DNA of 64,000 nucleotides from Octopus sinensis (lineage: Eukaryota). Shown here in pieces: positions 1 through 11,349 of this stretch. Numbering within the stretch: position 1 is the first letter of the stretch; the number at the start of each line of letters is the position of its first letter. The position numbers and the translations under genes are program-made. The stretch spans positions 42,842,001 to 42,906,000 of the forward strand of contig NC_043006.1 in assembly GCF_006345805.1 (NCBI RefSeq). Direction: 5' to 3'. The notes beneath the pieces are model-generated. The model saw only the letters and a list, made by a program, of their open reading frames with translations. It was not told the DNA's origin and made no database searches.

Positions 1-227
1 TCCTTGGTTAGTCTTCTGTAATAATCCATAATAGTTATATGTAAAATCCATTATATTGTCTTGTATTCGATAATATAGAATAATGGAATCCTATATTGAT
101 AAGCATTTAACGATAATGCATCTGCTCCTCAGAAAAATCAAATGTGAAATTTGTATAATTTTACGAATGGTAGTTTTTAAAAAATTATGATGTAATATGG
201 GAAAATTTCACATTGTATTCTATTCTA

Positions 228-289
228 TCAATCTATTTGTCTGTCTATCTATCTATCTATCTATCAATTTGGCCATCCATCCATCTATC

Positions 290-340
<51 letters not shown>

Positions 341-395
341 TTATCTACCTAACTCTCTATCTATCTCTCTGTCTGTCTATCTATCTATCTATCTA

Positions 396-430
<35 letters not shown>

Positions 431-483
431 ATGTTACTGTGTGTGTGTTTGTGTGTGTGTGTGCATGCATGCGTGTGTGTGTG

Positions 484-520
<37 letters not shown>
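228..520. repeat. Compound microsatellite (ATCT)n-(AT)n-(GT)n
   Basis: Directly visible tandem units. Confidence 0.97.
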
Positions 521-522
<2 letters not shown>

Positions 523-814
523 ATGAAAACTAGTGATACAGCTTACATTCTGTAACCTTGCAGTTAGACTAATAACAAGGAGCACAATTGAAAGTGAAGC
601 CTCAACATGGTTGGGCACTTAGTCATTTTAGCATGGATTTCATTTCCAACTCTATATCATTCTTAATCATCCTTCCTATAAAACAATTTTCAAATTTTGT
701 TTTGAACAGAAGAGCTTCAGAATTTGCAAATCAAACCCCAAAAAATGTAATTAATTTTCCCCAAAAATTCTTGAAAATATGTTTTTAAAATCAAAAACTA
801 ATTCCAGTACTTTT

Positions 815-825
815 ATGTATGTATG

Positions 826-858
<33 letters not shown>

Positions 859-960
859 TATGTATGTATGTATGTATGTATGTATGTATGTATGTATGTA
901 TGTATGTATGTGTGCATGTATGTATGTGTGCATGTATACATACATACATACATACATACA

Positions 961-996
<36 letters not shown>

Positions 997-1028
997 TACA
1001 TGTATGTATGTATGTATGTATGTATGTA
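815..1028. repeat. (TATG)n/(CATA)n microsatellite with internal strand switches
   Basis: Directly visible. Confidence 0.97.
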
Positions 1029-1241
1029 TATTCCATTTGCATTTGAAGGGTATAAATACATTTCATTTGTTGTATTTGTAATTCCATTTTCATTGTTAAT
1101 AAATTGAAGCAAAAACAAAAAAACTTCTCAAATTTTCTGAAAGAGAAACAGCTAATGTTTTCAAATACAAACAAAATATATTTATATACTTCAAATGTAG
1201 ATAAAAAACAAAAAAAACAAAAATATATATATATATATTGC

Positions 1242-1416
<175 letters not shown>

Positions 1417-2000
1417 AAAGGTACTGTAGTGATAAATTACATAACAGTAATCATCTCTTTTTTTTTTACTTAGATAAAAAATTTTTGATTTTTTCCTTTT
1501 TTAAAAATACAAATTTACTGTTTCAGAAGCTCTGTTGTTTAAGATAAAATTTCAAAGACCGACAGAAAAAGGTATAACAAAATGTTTGAGCGAGGTTAAA
1601 TATTCCATACTAAAGTATGAGCCTATGACCACAGTAAACGACTAAAACTAGTAAATTAAGGAGAGAATGTGTGTATATCTTGCCTAATTTTGTAATATTT
1701 GTTTATCATTTATGTATGTCTCATGAATAGTATCAAAAATGTAAATGGTGTATTTCTAAATGATTAATGTCTTCAATTTTATTCCATAGTTTTTTGTCAA
1801 TCGCCTTTCAAATAAATTCAATGTGTGTATGATAGATTATGCTTTCAGTTTTGTTCCACGGGTATAACACTGCATATGTAGATGGTAGCAGAAAAATATT
1901 ATAAATTATAAATTATAAATTAATTGGGGCTGCAACATAAATCTGTAGTTTAGAAGTTAAGATAGAAAAAAGAGTTTATTTCTGATTCATAATATAAATA

Positions 2001-2406
2001 CTCTCTTTACTCTTTTACTTGTTTCAGTCATTTGACTGTGGCCATGCTGGAGCACCACCTTTAGTCGAATCAAATCGACCCCAGGACTTATTCTTTGTAA
2101 GCCTAGTGCTTATTCTATCGATATCTTTTGCCGAACTGCTAAGTAATGGGGACGTAAACACACCAGCATCGGTTGTCAAGCGATGTTGGGGGAACAAACA
2201 CAGATACACAACATATTCACACACATATATATATACATATATACGATGGGCTTCTTTCAATTTCTGTCTACCAAATCCACTCACAAGGCTTTGGTTGGCC
2301 CAAGGCTATAATAGAAGACACTTGCCCAAAGTGCCATGCAGTGGGACTGAACCCGGAACCATGTGGTTCATAAGCAAGCTACTTACCACACAGCCACTCC
2401 TGCGCC
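2001..2406 (-). mobile_element. tRNA-derived SINE, family A, full length (tRNA head, internal TA/TG microsatellite, 3' module)
   Basis: Minus strand begins ggcgcaggagtggctgtgtggtaag (A box) ... ggttcagtccc (B box); >20 full or partial copies in window. Confidence 0.9.
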
Positions 2407-2524
2407 TATGCATGATCTTTGTAGAAAACAATCCATAATATAACGTTCTGTTTCAAGAACTGTATGTCTCTTCAGGTAGTGTAAAATTACAAAATCCTTT
2501 TGTGACCATCAGTTGGAGTAAAAA

Positions 2525-3403
2525 CTATGTTGAGTCAGAAGTTTTGAAGTGTTTTTGTTACTTATTTGCTTTATTTGTCAAGTTACAAGAAAAGCAGTCT
2601 TTAGAGGCCTTTGTGTGGTATGGTCTGAAGCCACATTTCTGCCATTTCTTTGATCCCAAGCTGATACCAATTCTTGTCCTTCAAAATGAAGAGCTGCTGC
2701 TCGAAATCTTCTACCTCCTCTCTTATGAAGAAGTCTCATGAATGCAGGAAGTGAGCCATGGGTTGGAAAAAATAATAACCAGAGGGAGATATTTTTCTGC
2801 AGTTATAACATGCATAAGCAGTGGTTAAAAAAGGACCAGCTTCTGGAACATGTCATTAAACATGGGTATTTCAAATACTAGGTGACATCTGGTGGAATCA
2901 TGAGATGATAATCCGCTACAAGTTTATTTCAATTCCATATGGTCAAACCATTAATGCCAACTTGTGCTCCAAACAGCTGGAACGGTTGTATGCCATTGTA
3001 CAGCAAAAATACCTGGCATTGGTTAACAGAAAGCAAGCTTTTCTGCAGGAAGACACCACAAGACCTCATACTGCTCTAACAACCTAGAATAAACTCCAGG
3101 AACCTAAGGTAATCAAACAGATGCTACACAGAGAATATAGTTTGGACCTAGTTCCCTCGGATTATTGCTTGTTCCTGTCCATGGCTCATTTTATGCATTC
3201 ACAAAGGAGGTGAAGGCTTTAGTGAAGGAATTCATCACAAAGGACAAGAACTGGTATCTGCATGGGATCAAAGAACTGGCAGAAAGATAGCTTCAGACAG
3301 TGCAAAACAATGGCCTCTGAATGCTAGACTGCTTTTCTTGTAACTTGACAAATAAAGCAAATGAGTTACCAAACTTTTGCAAAACTTTTGACTCAACACA
3401 ATA
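2525..3403 (+). mobile_element. Non-autonomous mariner derivative: catalytic-domain remnant between two inverted copies of the right end
   Basis: GQTINANLCSKQLERL...QEDTTRPHTA and YSLDLVPSDYCLF resemble mariner QDNARPH and YSPDLAPSDY motifs; 2525-2760 is the reverse complement of ~3180-3403. Confidence 0.85.
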
Positions 3404-3744
3404 TATAACTGCAAGGAATGAACAAAAATACTGAAAAATAGAGATAATTATACACAACCAATCTTATCAGGAAAAAACTACTTCAAAGTGCCCAGCATGG
3501 AATTCACTTCCTATGGGCATACATCCTTGGCAATGATATCTACTCACTCCACGTGGTACAGTATACATCATAATTAGTCTTTGTGTGGCATATTTCACTA
3601 AAAGTGCTCAACAAATATTCATAAAATTTATGAATTATTTGGGAGTGCCAGACAAGTCTACAATGAAATAATAGAGGAGGATATTTAACATGTGATATGT
3701 ATCAAAAGGGAAAACTATGCAAGGTTTTATTACACACATACAAA

Positions 3745-3776
<32 letters not shown>

Positions 3777-4009
3777 TACACACATATGTATATGTATGTA
3801 TATGTATATATTTATATGCATATATATATGTATATATGTATATATTTATATGGATATATATATATATATTAACACACACACACACACACATATATACATA
3901 CATATATAGATGCATATATATATATATGTATATGCGAAAACCTGACAAATAAAGTGAGTCCACAGCATATCCTACACCAACTTCATACAACCAGCTCCAG
4001 CCCATTCAA

Positions 4010-4480
4010 AGAACCTTGGATCGTAGGACGACCTGCTGTGCTTACCTTGGATCGTAGGGTGACCTGCTGTGCTTGAGGAGACCTATTGAGTCAAGTACAT
4101 CAACATCAACATCAAAATATAAATCAAATGGAAATTGTAGTTGTGATACCTGTGCCGGTGGCACATTAAAAGCACCATCTGAATGTGGCCGATGCCAGCG
4201 CCACCTTGACTGGCTTCTGTGCAAGTGGCACGTAAAAAAGCACCAACTGATCGTGGCAATTGCCAGCCTCCTCTGGCCCCTGTGCCGGTGGCACATAAAA
4301 AGCATCCACTACACTCATGGAGTGGTTGGCGTTATGAAAGGCATCCAGCTGTAGAAACACTGCCAGATCAGACTGGAGCCTAGTGCAGCCTCCTGGCTTC
4401 CCAGATCCCAGTCAAACCATCCAACCCATGCCAGCATGGGAAACAGACGTTAAACGATGATGATGATGATGATGATGATG
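4010..4480 (+). mobile_element. 3' UTR fragment of an RTE-type LINE with (GAT)n tail
   Basis: Homologous to 42270-42894, which follows an RTE ORF; shared gagtggttggcgtt...ggcatccagctgtagaaac motif and GAT tail. Confidence 0.8.
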
Positions 4481-4519
4481 ATATACACAATATATATGTC
4501 TACAACTTGTGACAGACCA

Positions 4520-4840
4520 TGCCTTTCTTTTGCTGGGCTCATATCTCATAGAAAACAAACTTCCACCAACTATTCTACCTATATGTCTGTGCACACCTTT
4601 CAATGTAATGTATGCCAGAAGGTCTGAAAATTTAATGGAGGCCTTAAAAGTCATTTTAAGACCCACAAAGACCAGAACTTATCTGCAGCTCTTGGTGGTC
4701 CAAATCAGCTATGCAATCTATGTGGGTGTACTTTCAAAGCATTGTCTGGTTTAAAAAGCCACATCAGATGCCATGAGGGTTCTAAGGTGTAGGTACAAGA
4801 GGTGGTCAAACTCTGCATAAGGAGCAGACAACCACTATAT
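4520..4840 (+). pseudogene. Degraded LINE ORF C-terminus with two C2H2 zinc fingers (probably RTE-BovB-like)
   Basis: 4598-4792 translates FQCNVCQKV*KFNGGLKSHFKTH...CNLCGCTFKALSGLKSHIRCHEGSKV*. Confidence 0.65.
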
Positions 4841-4849
4841 ATATAGTCA

Positions 4850-5038
4850 CCATGATAGATCGTTAGCCACTACATACATTTTTTTCTCTCTTTGTTTTTT
4901 CTGTGTCCCTTTTGGTAGAAGAGCGTAGGCTCAAAACGTAAAAGACTTTTTTCTATTCCTGAGCATTATACTAATACATCTGTTTGTTTTGTACACCACC
5001 TGTCTTCATCTTTTGTCTTTTTCGTAAACTCTCTCTAT

Positions 5039-5040
<2 letters not shown>
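4850..5040 (+). mobile_element. PLE terminal-repeat (pLTR) fragment with hammerhead-like motif
   Basis: Homologous to 34900-35102 at the 3' end of the PLE remnant. Confidence 0.75.
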
Positions 5041-5072
<32 letters not shown>

Positions 5073-5079
<7 letters not shown>

Positions 5080-5966
5080 AACTTACTTGGAGAAGAGAAA
5101 CAACACGTGCGTTCGGTCATATAATAACAATATAATAAATAAATAAAATAAATAAAACATATGCATATATACATACATATATGTACATACTTACATCTAT
5201 ATGTATATATACATGCATATATATATATATGAGTACAGGACACCACAAATAAACGTAGAACACAACGAGAAACGAAAACATAAAATCCAACAAGGAAACG
5301 GACTTTTTTTAACAACGAAAAAAACAGAGTACAGGACAAACAATACAAGGAAAATTCCCCTTCATCAGCTGCCCCTGGTTCGACTCAATGCTTGTTTTGA
5401 AGGTAAGGGCAGAACATGGCCAGACCGAAGCAGTCCTTCCTGCAAAAGGAATTAAATAAAATTCTTTTGCAGAGGGGTAAAACAAGTGACAAGAACAGGA
5501 CGTAAAAGCAATACAAATGAAGAAAAACAGTAGAAAAAACAGTACAAATAAAGAATAACAGGACAAGAAAACCAACAATAAGGGCTTTTTTAGGCCTAGA
5601 CAGTGGAAAAATTAGTTAGAACGCATGTGAAAAATTGGCTTGCGAAAGACAGAGAAGTCAATGTATGCTTGTTGAAAGCACGAGCTGAAAGAAAGTTTTA
5701 GTAGCACTCTGGTCAACGGCCAGAGAGAGGAGGAGGAGAGAGAGGAGAGAGAGAGAGAGAGAGAAGGGGAAAAGAAACCAGAAAGGGTGAAAAATAAGAA
5801 GGAGAGAGACAAGTAGAGAGGAAGACAGACAGGCAGGGAGGAAAGGTCAAGTAAAGAGTAAGAGTGCGCATCATGATTATTCAAATAAAAACTTACTTGG
5901 AGAAGAGAAACAACATGTGCGTTCGGTCATATAATAACAATATAATAAATAAATAAAATAAATAAA
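5073..5966 (-). mobile_element. Repeat bounded by ~85-bp direct repeats, likely PLE-derived
   Basis: 5073-5158 nearly identical to 5883-5966; minus strand contains ctgatgaagggg near 5355-5370. Confidence 0.55.
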
Positions 5967-6128
5967 TGTATGTATGTATGTATATATTCTATAATTATAA
6001 ACATAATTATAATCAGGGGTCAGCTAATTACTTCACCACATGCTGAATTTTAGAAATAGGAGTTAAAATGCCTTTTCTGCTACTATAAAGATCTCCCAGA
6101 ATATAACACCTTTTTTGTTTTACGTAGG

Positions 6129-6174
<46 letters not shown>

Positions 6175-6189
6175 CACACTCTCACATAT

Positions 6190-6380
6190 ATCATCATCAT
6201 TTAATGTCTACTTTCCATGCTGGCATTGGTTGAACAGTTTCATACGGAGGTGGCTAGCAGGGAGCTGTCCAGACTCTAATTGTCTGTTGAGGCACAGTTT
6301 TTTATGGCTGGATGTCCTTCCGAATGCCAACCGCTTAACAGAGTGTGCACTGAGTGCTTTTTATGTGCCACCGGCACATA
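6190..6380 (-). mobile_element. RTE 3' tail fragment
   Basis: Reverse complement of the GAT-tailed family. Confidence 0.7.
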
Positions 6381-6494
6381 TACAGATACATAAATATATA
6401 TATATATATATACATGCAAGTGTATATATATATATACACATACATGCATATATACATATATATACTCACACACTCACATATATATATACATATG

Positions 6495-6685
6495 TATGAT
6501 AGATCGTTAGCTACTACACACATTTTTTTCTCTCCTTGTTTTTTATGTGTACCTTTCTGTAGAAGAGCGTAAGCTCAAAACGTAAACGACTTTTTCTATT
6601 CCTGAGCGCTATACTAATACATCTGTTTGTTTGTACACCACCTGCCTTCGTCTTTTGTTTATTTTCATAAACTTTCCCTTTATAT
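6495..6685 (+). mobile_element. PLE pLTR fragment with hammerhead-like motif
   Basis: Same family as 4850-5040 and 34900-35102. Confidence 0.75.
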
Positions 6686-6759
6686 ATATACATATATACA
6701 CATACACACATACATATATATATACATGCATACATACATACATACATATATATATATAT

Positions 6760-7269
6760 AAGTAGTTGAATGAATTATCCTACTATGGATAATTCGGTTA
6801 ACCGATACCCGGGTAGCAAATTCACGTCAGAAAACATGGTTAAAGCTACATGCCAAGGGCAGAGATCACGTGCTTTCGTGTGGAAATTTGTGTGTTTTTT
6901 TTACTATAAATAAATGAAAGAATGGAGCTGAATGACGATTTAACAAAATTTCTTTATTCTCGACATATGTTTTGAAGACTGCATATTCCTATTTCCGAAG
7001 GAATAAAGGGTGCATTATGCCGACTTCTCATCAGGAAAGCCAAGGAACTTATGTCAGCATCATGACAAACATTATCACTATGGACTCCGTGTGGGCAGTC
7101 ATCTAAAAGTTTTTGTTCGTCATGATGCTGACATAAGTTCCTTGGCTTTCCTGACGAGAAGGCAGCATAATGCACCCTTTATTCCTTCGGAAACAGGAAT
7201 ATGCAGTCTTCGAAACATATGTCGAGAATAAAGGAATTTTGTTAAATCGTCGTTCAACTCTATTCTTTC

Positions 7270-7280
<11 letters not shown>
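6760..7280. mobile_element. Fold-back element: ~150-bp leader plus imperfect inverted repeat (arms ~6905-7071 and ~7114-7280)
   Basis: Arms are reverse complements with a few mismatches; flanked by (TA)n. Confidence 0.85.
7147..7227 (+). ncRNA. Candidate type I hammerhead ribozyme
   Basis: tttc-CTGACGA-gaaggcagcata...tatgcagtcttc-GAAAC-atat-GTC-gaga: canonical core, long stem II, palindromic minimal stem III, stem I tttc/gaga. Confidence 0.75.
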
Positions 7281-7349
<69 letters not shown>

Positions 7350-7354
<5 letters not shown>

Positions 7355-7959
7355 TGAAATGGATAAATGAATTATCTTGTTAAGGATTATTCAAAATTTA
7401 ACCGATACCTGGGTAGCAAACATCACAACAGAAAAAACACGGTTGAAGTTACGACCTTGGGGTGTCACAACCGTGCCTTAGCGTGGATAATTGAAGTTTA
7501 ATATATTTAGTGAAGGGAAGAAATGGAGCTGAACGAAGATTCTACAGAATTCCTTTTATTATTTTCTACACATGTTTCAAAGGCCGCAAATTTCCAAATT
7601 CGGATTGAATAACGAGACCATTTTGCAGCATTCTCTTCAGGAAAATCCAGGAATTAAAAATCCAAAACAAATGCGCAGCAAGGTATTCGAACAAAACACT
7701 CCTTAGGAGCCCATGAAAAAGCACAAAACTGTTTTGTGCTTTTTCATGGGCTCCTAAGGAGTGTTTTGTTCGAATACCTTGCTGCGCATTTGTTTTGGAT
7801 TTTTAATTCCTGGATTTTCCTGAAGAGAATGCTGCAAAATGGTCTCGTTATTCAATCCGAATTTGGAAATTTGCGGCCTTTGAAACATGTGTAGAAAATA
7901 ATAAAAGGAATTCTGTAGAATCTTCGTTCAGCTCCATTTCTTCCCTTCACTAAATATAT
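7350..7959. mobile_element. Fold-back element: leader plus perfect palindrome 7501-7959 (229-bp arms, centre T7730)
   Basis: Arms read as exact reverse complements; leader related to 6760-6900; rearranged relative at 37543-37680. Confidence 0.9.
7814..7899 (+). ncRNA. Candidate type I hammerhead ribozyme (mirror copy on minus strand ~7561-7646)
   Basis: attttc-CTGAAGA-gaatgctgcaaaat...atttgcggccttt-GAAAC-atgt-GTA-gaaaat. Confidence 0.72.
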
Positions 7960-8195
<236 letters not shown>

Positions 8196-8437
8196 TTTAA
8201 TACACAATACATGGATTTAACTAAACTGGTTGTACTTACAAAAAAGCTCCTTTAGTGGACCAAGCTACAAACCACATATTTGACCAGTACAGAGAGATGT
8301 AATGCATCATCGTATGCAGTTGGAATCCATTAGACCAAATTAGTAACATCTATTTCAGAAAGTCAGGAGGTACAAAATGAATATATTATTTCACCAGTTG
8401 ACATCCATAAGATCACAATCGTTTTGCAGCCAACAAA

Positions 8438-8799
8438 ATGGAAAAAATAACTCATTTTAGTGCATAATAAATGATTTTACATGTCTGCATTAGTATATAT
8501 GTTATAAGTTACATAGTACTATTGTAAAATTTACAAGGCAATACAGGTATAGAAGGCTAGCTCTTCAGATCATAGAATACCATGGTTACATCCATTCTTC
8601 AACTCAATATACATATACAAAAGCAAAAAGTTGTCTTCAAAATATTAATGTATGGAAGACAATAATTAATTATAGAGCTAGCCTTCTATACTTGTATTAC
8701 ATTGTAAATTGTATAATAGTACTATTTAATTTATCACATGTTTACTAATGCTAACATGTAAAATAATTTATTATACATTAAAATAAGTTATTTTCCCAT
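8438..8799. mobile_element. Old MITE/fold-back with ~125-bp imperfect terminal inverted repeats
   Basis: 8438-8563 matches reverse complement of 8673-8799 (e.g. tatagaaggctagctct / agagctagccttctata). Confidence 0.7.
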
Positions 8800-9329
8800 G
8801 ATTTTAGCAGTGAAATGATCACAATCATAAGATACCAACTGGTGAAAGAAGTATATTGATCTGATATCTCCTGACTTTCTTTATGTTTTATATACATACA
8901 CATCATCATCATCATCCTCCTCCTCCTCATCATCATCATCATCCTCATCCCCCTCATCATCATTATCATCCTCATCATCCAGTGTTTTAAATCCAAGTTT
9001 TGTCCCCATTAACAGGGGTGGTCAGAGCTACTTCATTGCCGTAGCAACCTAAGTAGGCAGGTGCAACCCACCCCAATCTTTGGGCTGGCTGGGGCCCATT
9101 CTCCTTTGCTGTCATGAAGCTTTTTTGGAGCTGGATTTTTGGGGAGCAAGCCCTTGCTTACCCCCAACCTCAGTTTCTAGACATCAGTGGTCCCGAGACC
9201 ACAGCCTCTACGATGATTTTTAAGAAATGTGGTGGAAAACTAGCCCAGGAAGGCATGGATGCTACTCCATGAGACCCCTTTCAGAGCCCCCCACCTAATA
9301 TTACATACATATATATATAATTATTTGGA

Positions 9330-10020
9330 CTTTGGGTACATGTCTATTACTATGCCAGTTAAAGCACAGTCACCATTTGGTCTACCTGATAACATTCACA
9401 GTTGTGGTATTATTTTCACTGGAGCTATGTCAAGATTTCTGTAGTGTTCATTTGCTTTATAATTGATGAAGGAAATAGAAAATGGATTTGATTTGATTCG
9501 TACCAAATCCATTTTCCATTTCCTTCATCAATTACGTGTGTGTGAATGTGTGTGCACGTGTGTGTCTGTGTGTGTAAGTATGTATTGTGACATCTCAAAA
9601 ATAAATAGACCCATTATTTTGAAGATTTATTTCTCCTTTTTCCTTTGAATATTTGCTAATCAGAAGGTTTTCTTCTAGCTGCTCTGCCATAGTAGCCAAC
9701 TTAAGGGAGATAAATCACAGAAATACTTCAAATGGAGTTGTTCTGCAACATCAGCTGTCTTACAACAAGGATTATTTTCAGCAATCTGCTTTTGACATTC
9801 TGAAGACACCTGTCAGAGGCCAGGCAAGTGTATACCTGAATGAGATCGTTTGCTTCCTCTCCTTTGTTGGTGAATAATACAATTATTCTATTGACTGTGG
9901 CAAGAAGAACTCCAAGGTCTTATGCAATCTTATGCTGTCTAAGTCCACCCCCAGACTGACCTACGATATGCTCTCTTTGAAAATCAGACAATACTTTTGT
10001 TTCTGCTGTTCAAGACATGG
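9330..10020 (-). pseudogene. Degraded Tc1-family transposase, N-terminal HTH region
   Basis: Minus strand reads MS*TAETKVLSDFQREHIVGQSGGGLRQHKIA*DLGVLLATVNRII, resembling Tc1 ELSDFERG.IVG...S.R.IA. Confidence 0.65.
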
Positions 10021-10287
10021 CTAGTTGCTATAAGCTGAAATGAAAAATGATTATATATCAACAAGTTTGAAGCACCAGGTCGTGTTTACACAGATAAAAC
10101 AAACAGCATAATGATGGGCATGTATTTACTTTTGGGATGTGTGTGTGTATACACACATGCTCACACATATATATAGTACACATGTATATATATATATGTG
10201 TGTGTGTGTAGGTGTGTATACATATATAAGCATATTTACACATATGCTTGTATGTATGCATATGGTTCTCATATATATATATAAATA

Positions 10288-10681
10288 GGCACAGGAGTGG
10301 CTGTGTGGTAAGTAGTTTGCTTACCAACCACATGGTTCCAGGTTCAATCCCACTGCATGGCCCCTTGGGCAAGTGTCTTCTACTATAGCCTCGGGCTGAC
10401 CAAAGCCTTGTGAGTGGATTTGGTAGATGGAAACTGAAAGAAGTCCATCGTATATATATATGCGTGTGTATATGTTTGTGTGTCTGTGTTTGTCCCCCCA
10501 ACATCGCTTGACAACTGATGCTGGTGTGTTTACGTCCCCGTAACTTAGCAGTTTGGCAAAGGAGACCAATAGAATAAGTACTAAGCTTACAAAGAATAAG
10601 TTCTGGGGTCGATTTGCTCGACTAAAGGTGGTGCTCCAGCATGGCCACAGTCAAATGACTGAAAAAAGTAAAAGAGTAAAA
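10288..10681 (+). mobile_element. SINE family A, full length
   Basis: A/B boxes, homology to 2001-2406. Confidence 0.9.
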
Positions 10682-10765
10682 GTGTAATAATAAAAGAGTA
10701 ATAATAATTAGAAAAGATTATTATAGTTAATCTTCTTTTGATTACACACACACATATATTTATAA

Positions 10766-11093
10766 AACTATATTTCAGTTATTTACATTTGAGGGACATT
10801 TGTCCTCATCTTGTTTGTTGTTAACACGTTTCGGCTGATATACCTTCCAGCCTTCATCAGGTGTCTTGGGGAAATTTCAAACGTTGGTTCTCATTCCTAA
10901 GGTATTTTTCGATGTTATTATTATTATTATTATTATTATTATATTATTATTATTATTATGATTATTATAATTATTATGATTATTATAATTATTTCTTCTT
11001 ATTATTATTATTCAGGTCACTGCCTGGAATCAAACTCAGAATCTTGGGGTTAGTAGCCCTTGCTCTTAACCACTACTCCATATGCCCACAGGC

Positions 11094-11161
<68 letters not shown>

Positions 11162-11349
11162 TCGAAAAATACCTTAGGAATGGGAACCCAGGTTCAAAAT
11201 TTCCCCTAGACACGTGATGAAGGCTGGAGGGTAAATCAGCTGAAATGCTGTGTTAACAACAAAGATGAGGACAAATATCCGTCAAATGTAAATAATGTGA
11301 ATAACGTAAATAATGTACATAATTCCTCATCTCTTAAATATAGAACTGT
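10766..11349 (-). mobile_element. tRNA-headed element with (AAT)n linker and hammerhead-like tail, plus an inverted second tail
   Basis: Minus strand: tRNA-like 11087-11013, (AAT)n, then acac-CTGATGA-a-ggctg...cagcc-GAAAC at 10864-10823; inverted tail copy at ~11158-11349. Confidence 0.75.

Noticed and set aside
2019-2438. Recurrent peptides such as RRHLPKVPCSGTEPGTMW
   Set aside because: Antisense translation of SINE family A
4598-4792. Host C2H2 zinc-finger gene
   Set aside because: In-frame stop, no TGEKP linkers, and context fits a LINE C-terminus
9010-9300. GC-richer segment resembling a hAT MITE end (also ~59090-59260)
   Set aside because: No matching second TIR or target-site duplication found
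10015-10052. Minus-strand splice-acceptor-like site suggesting a host exon
   Set aside because: Downstream sequence is a stop-interrupted Tc1 transposase relic
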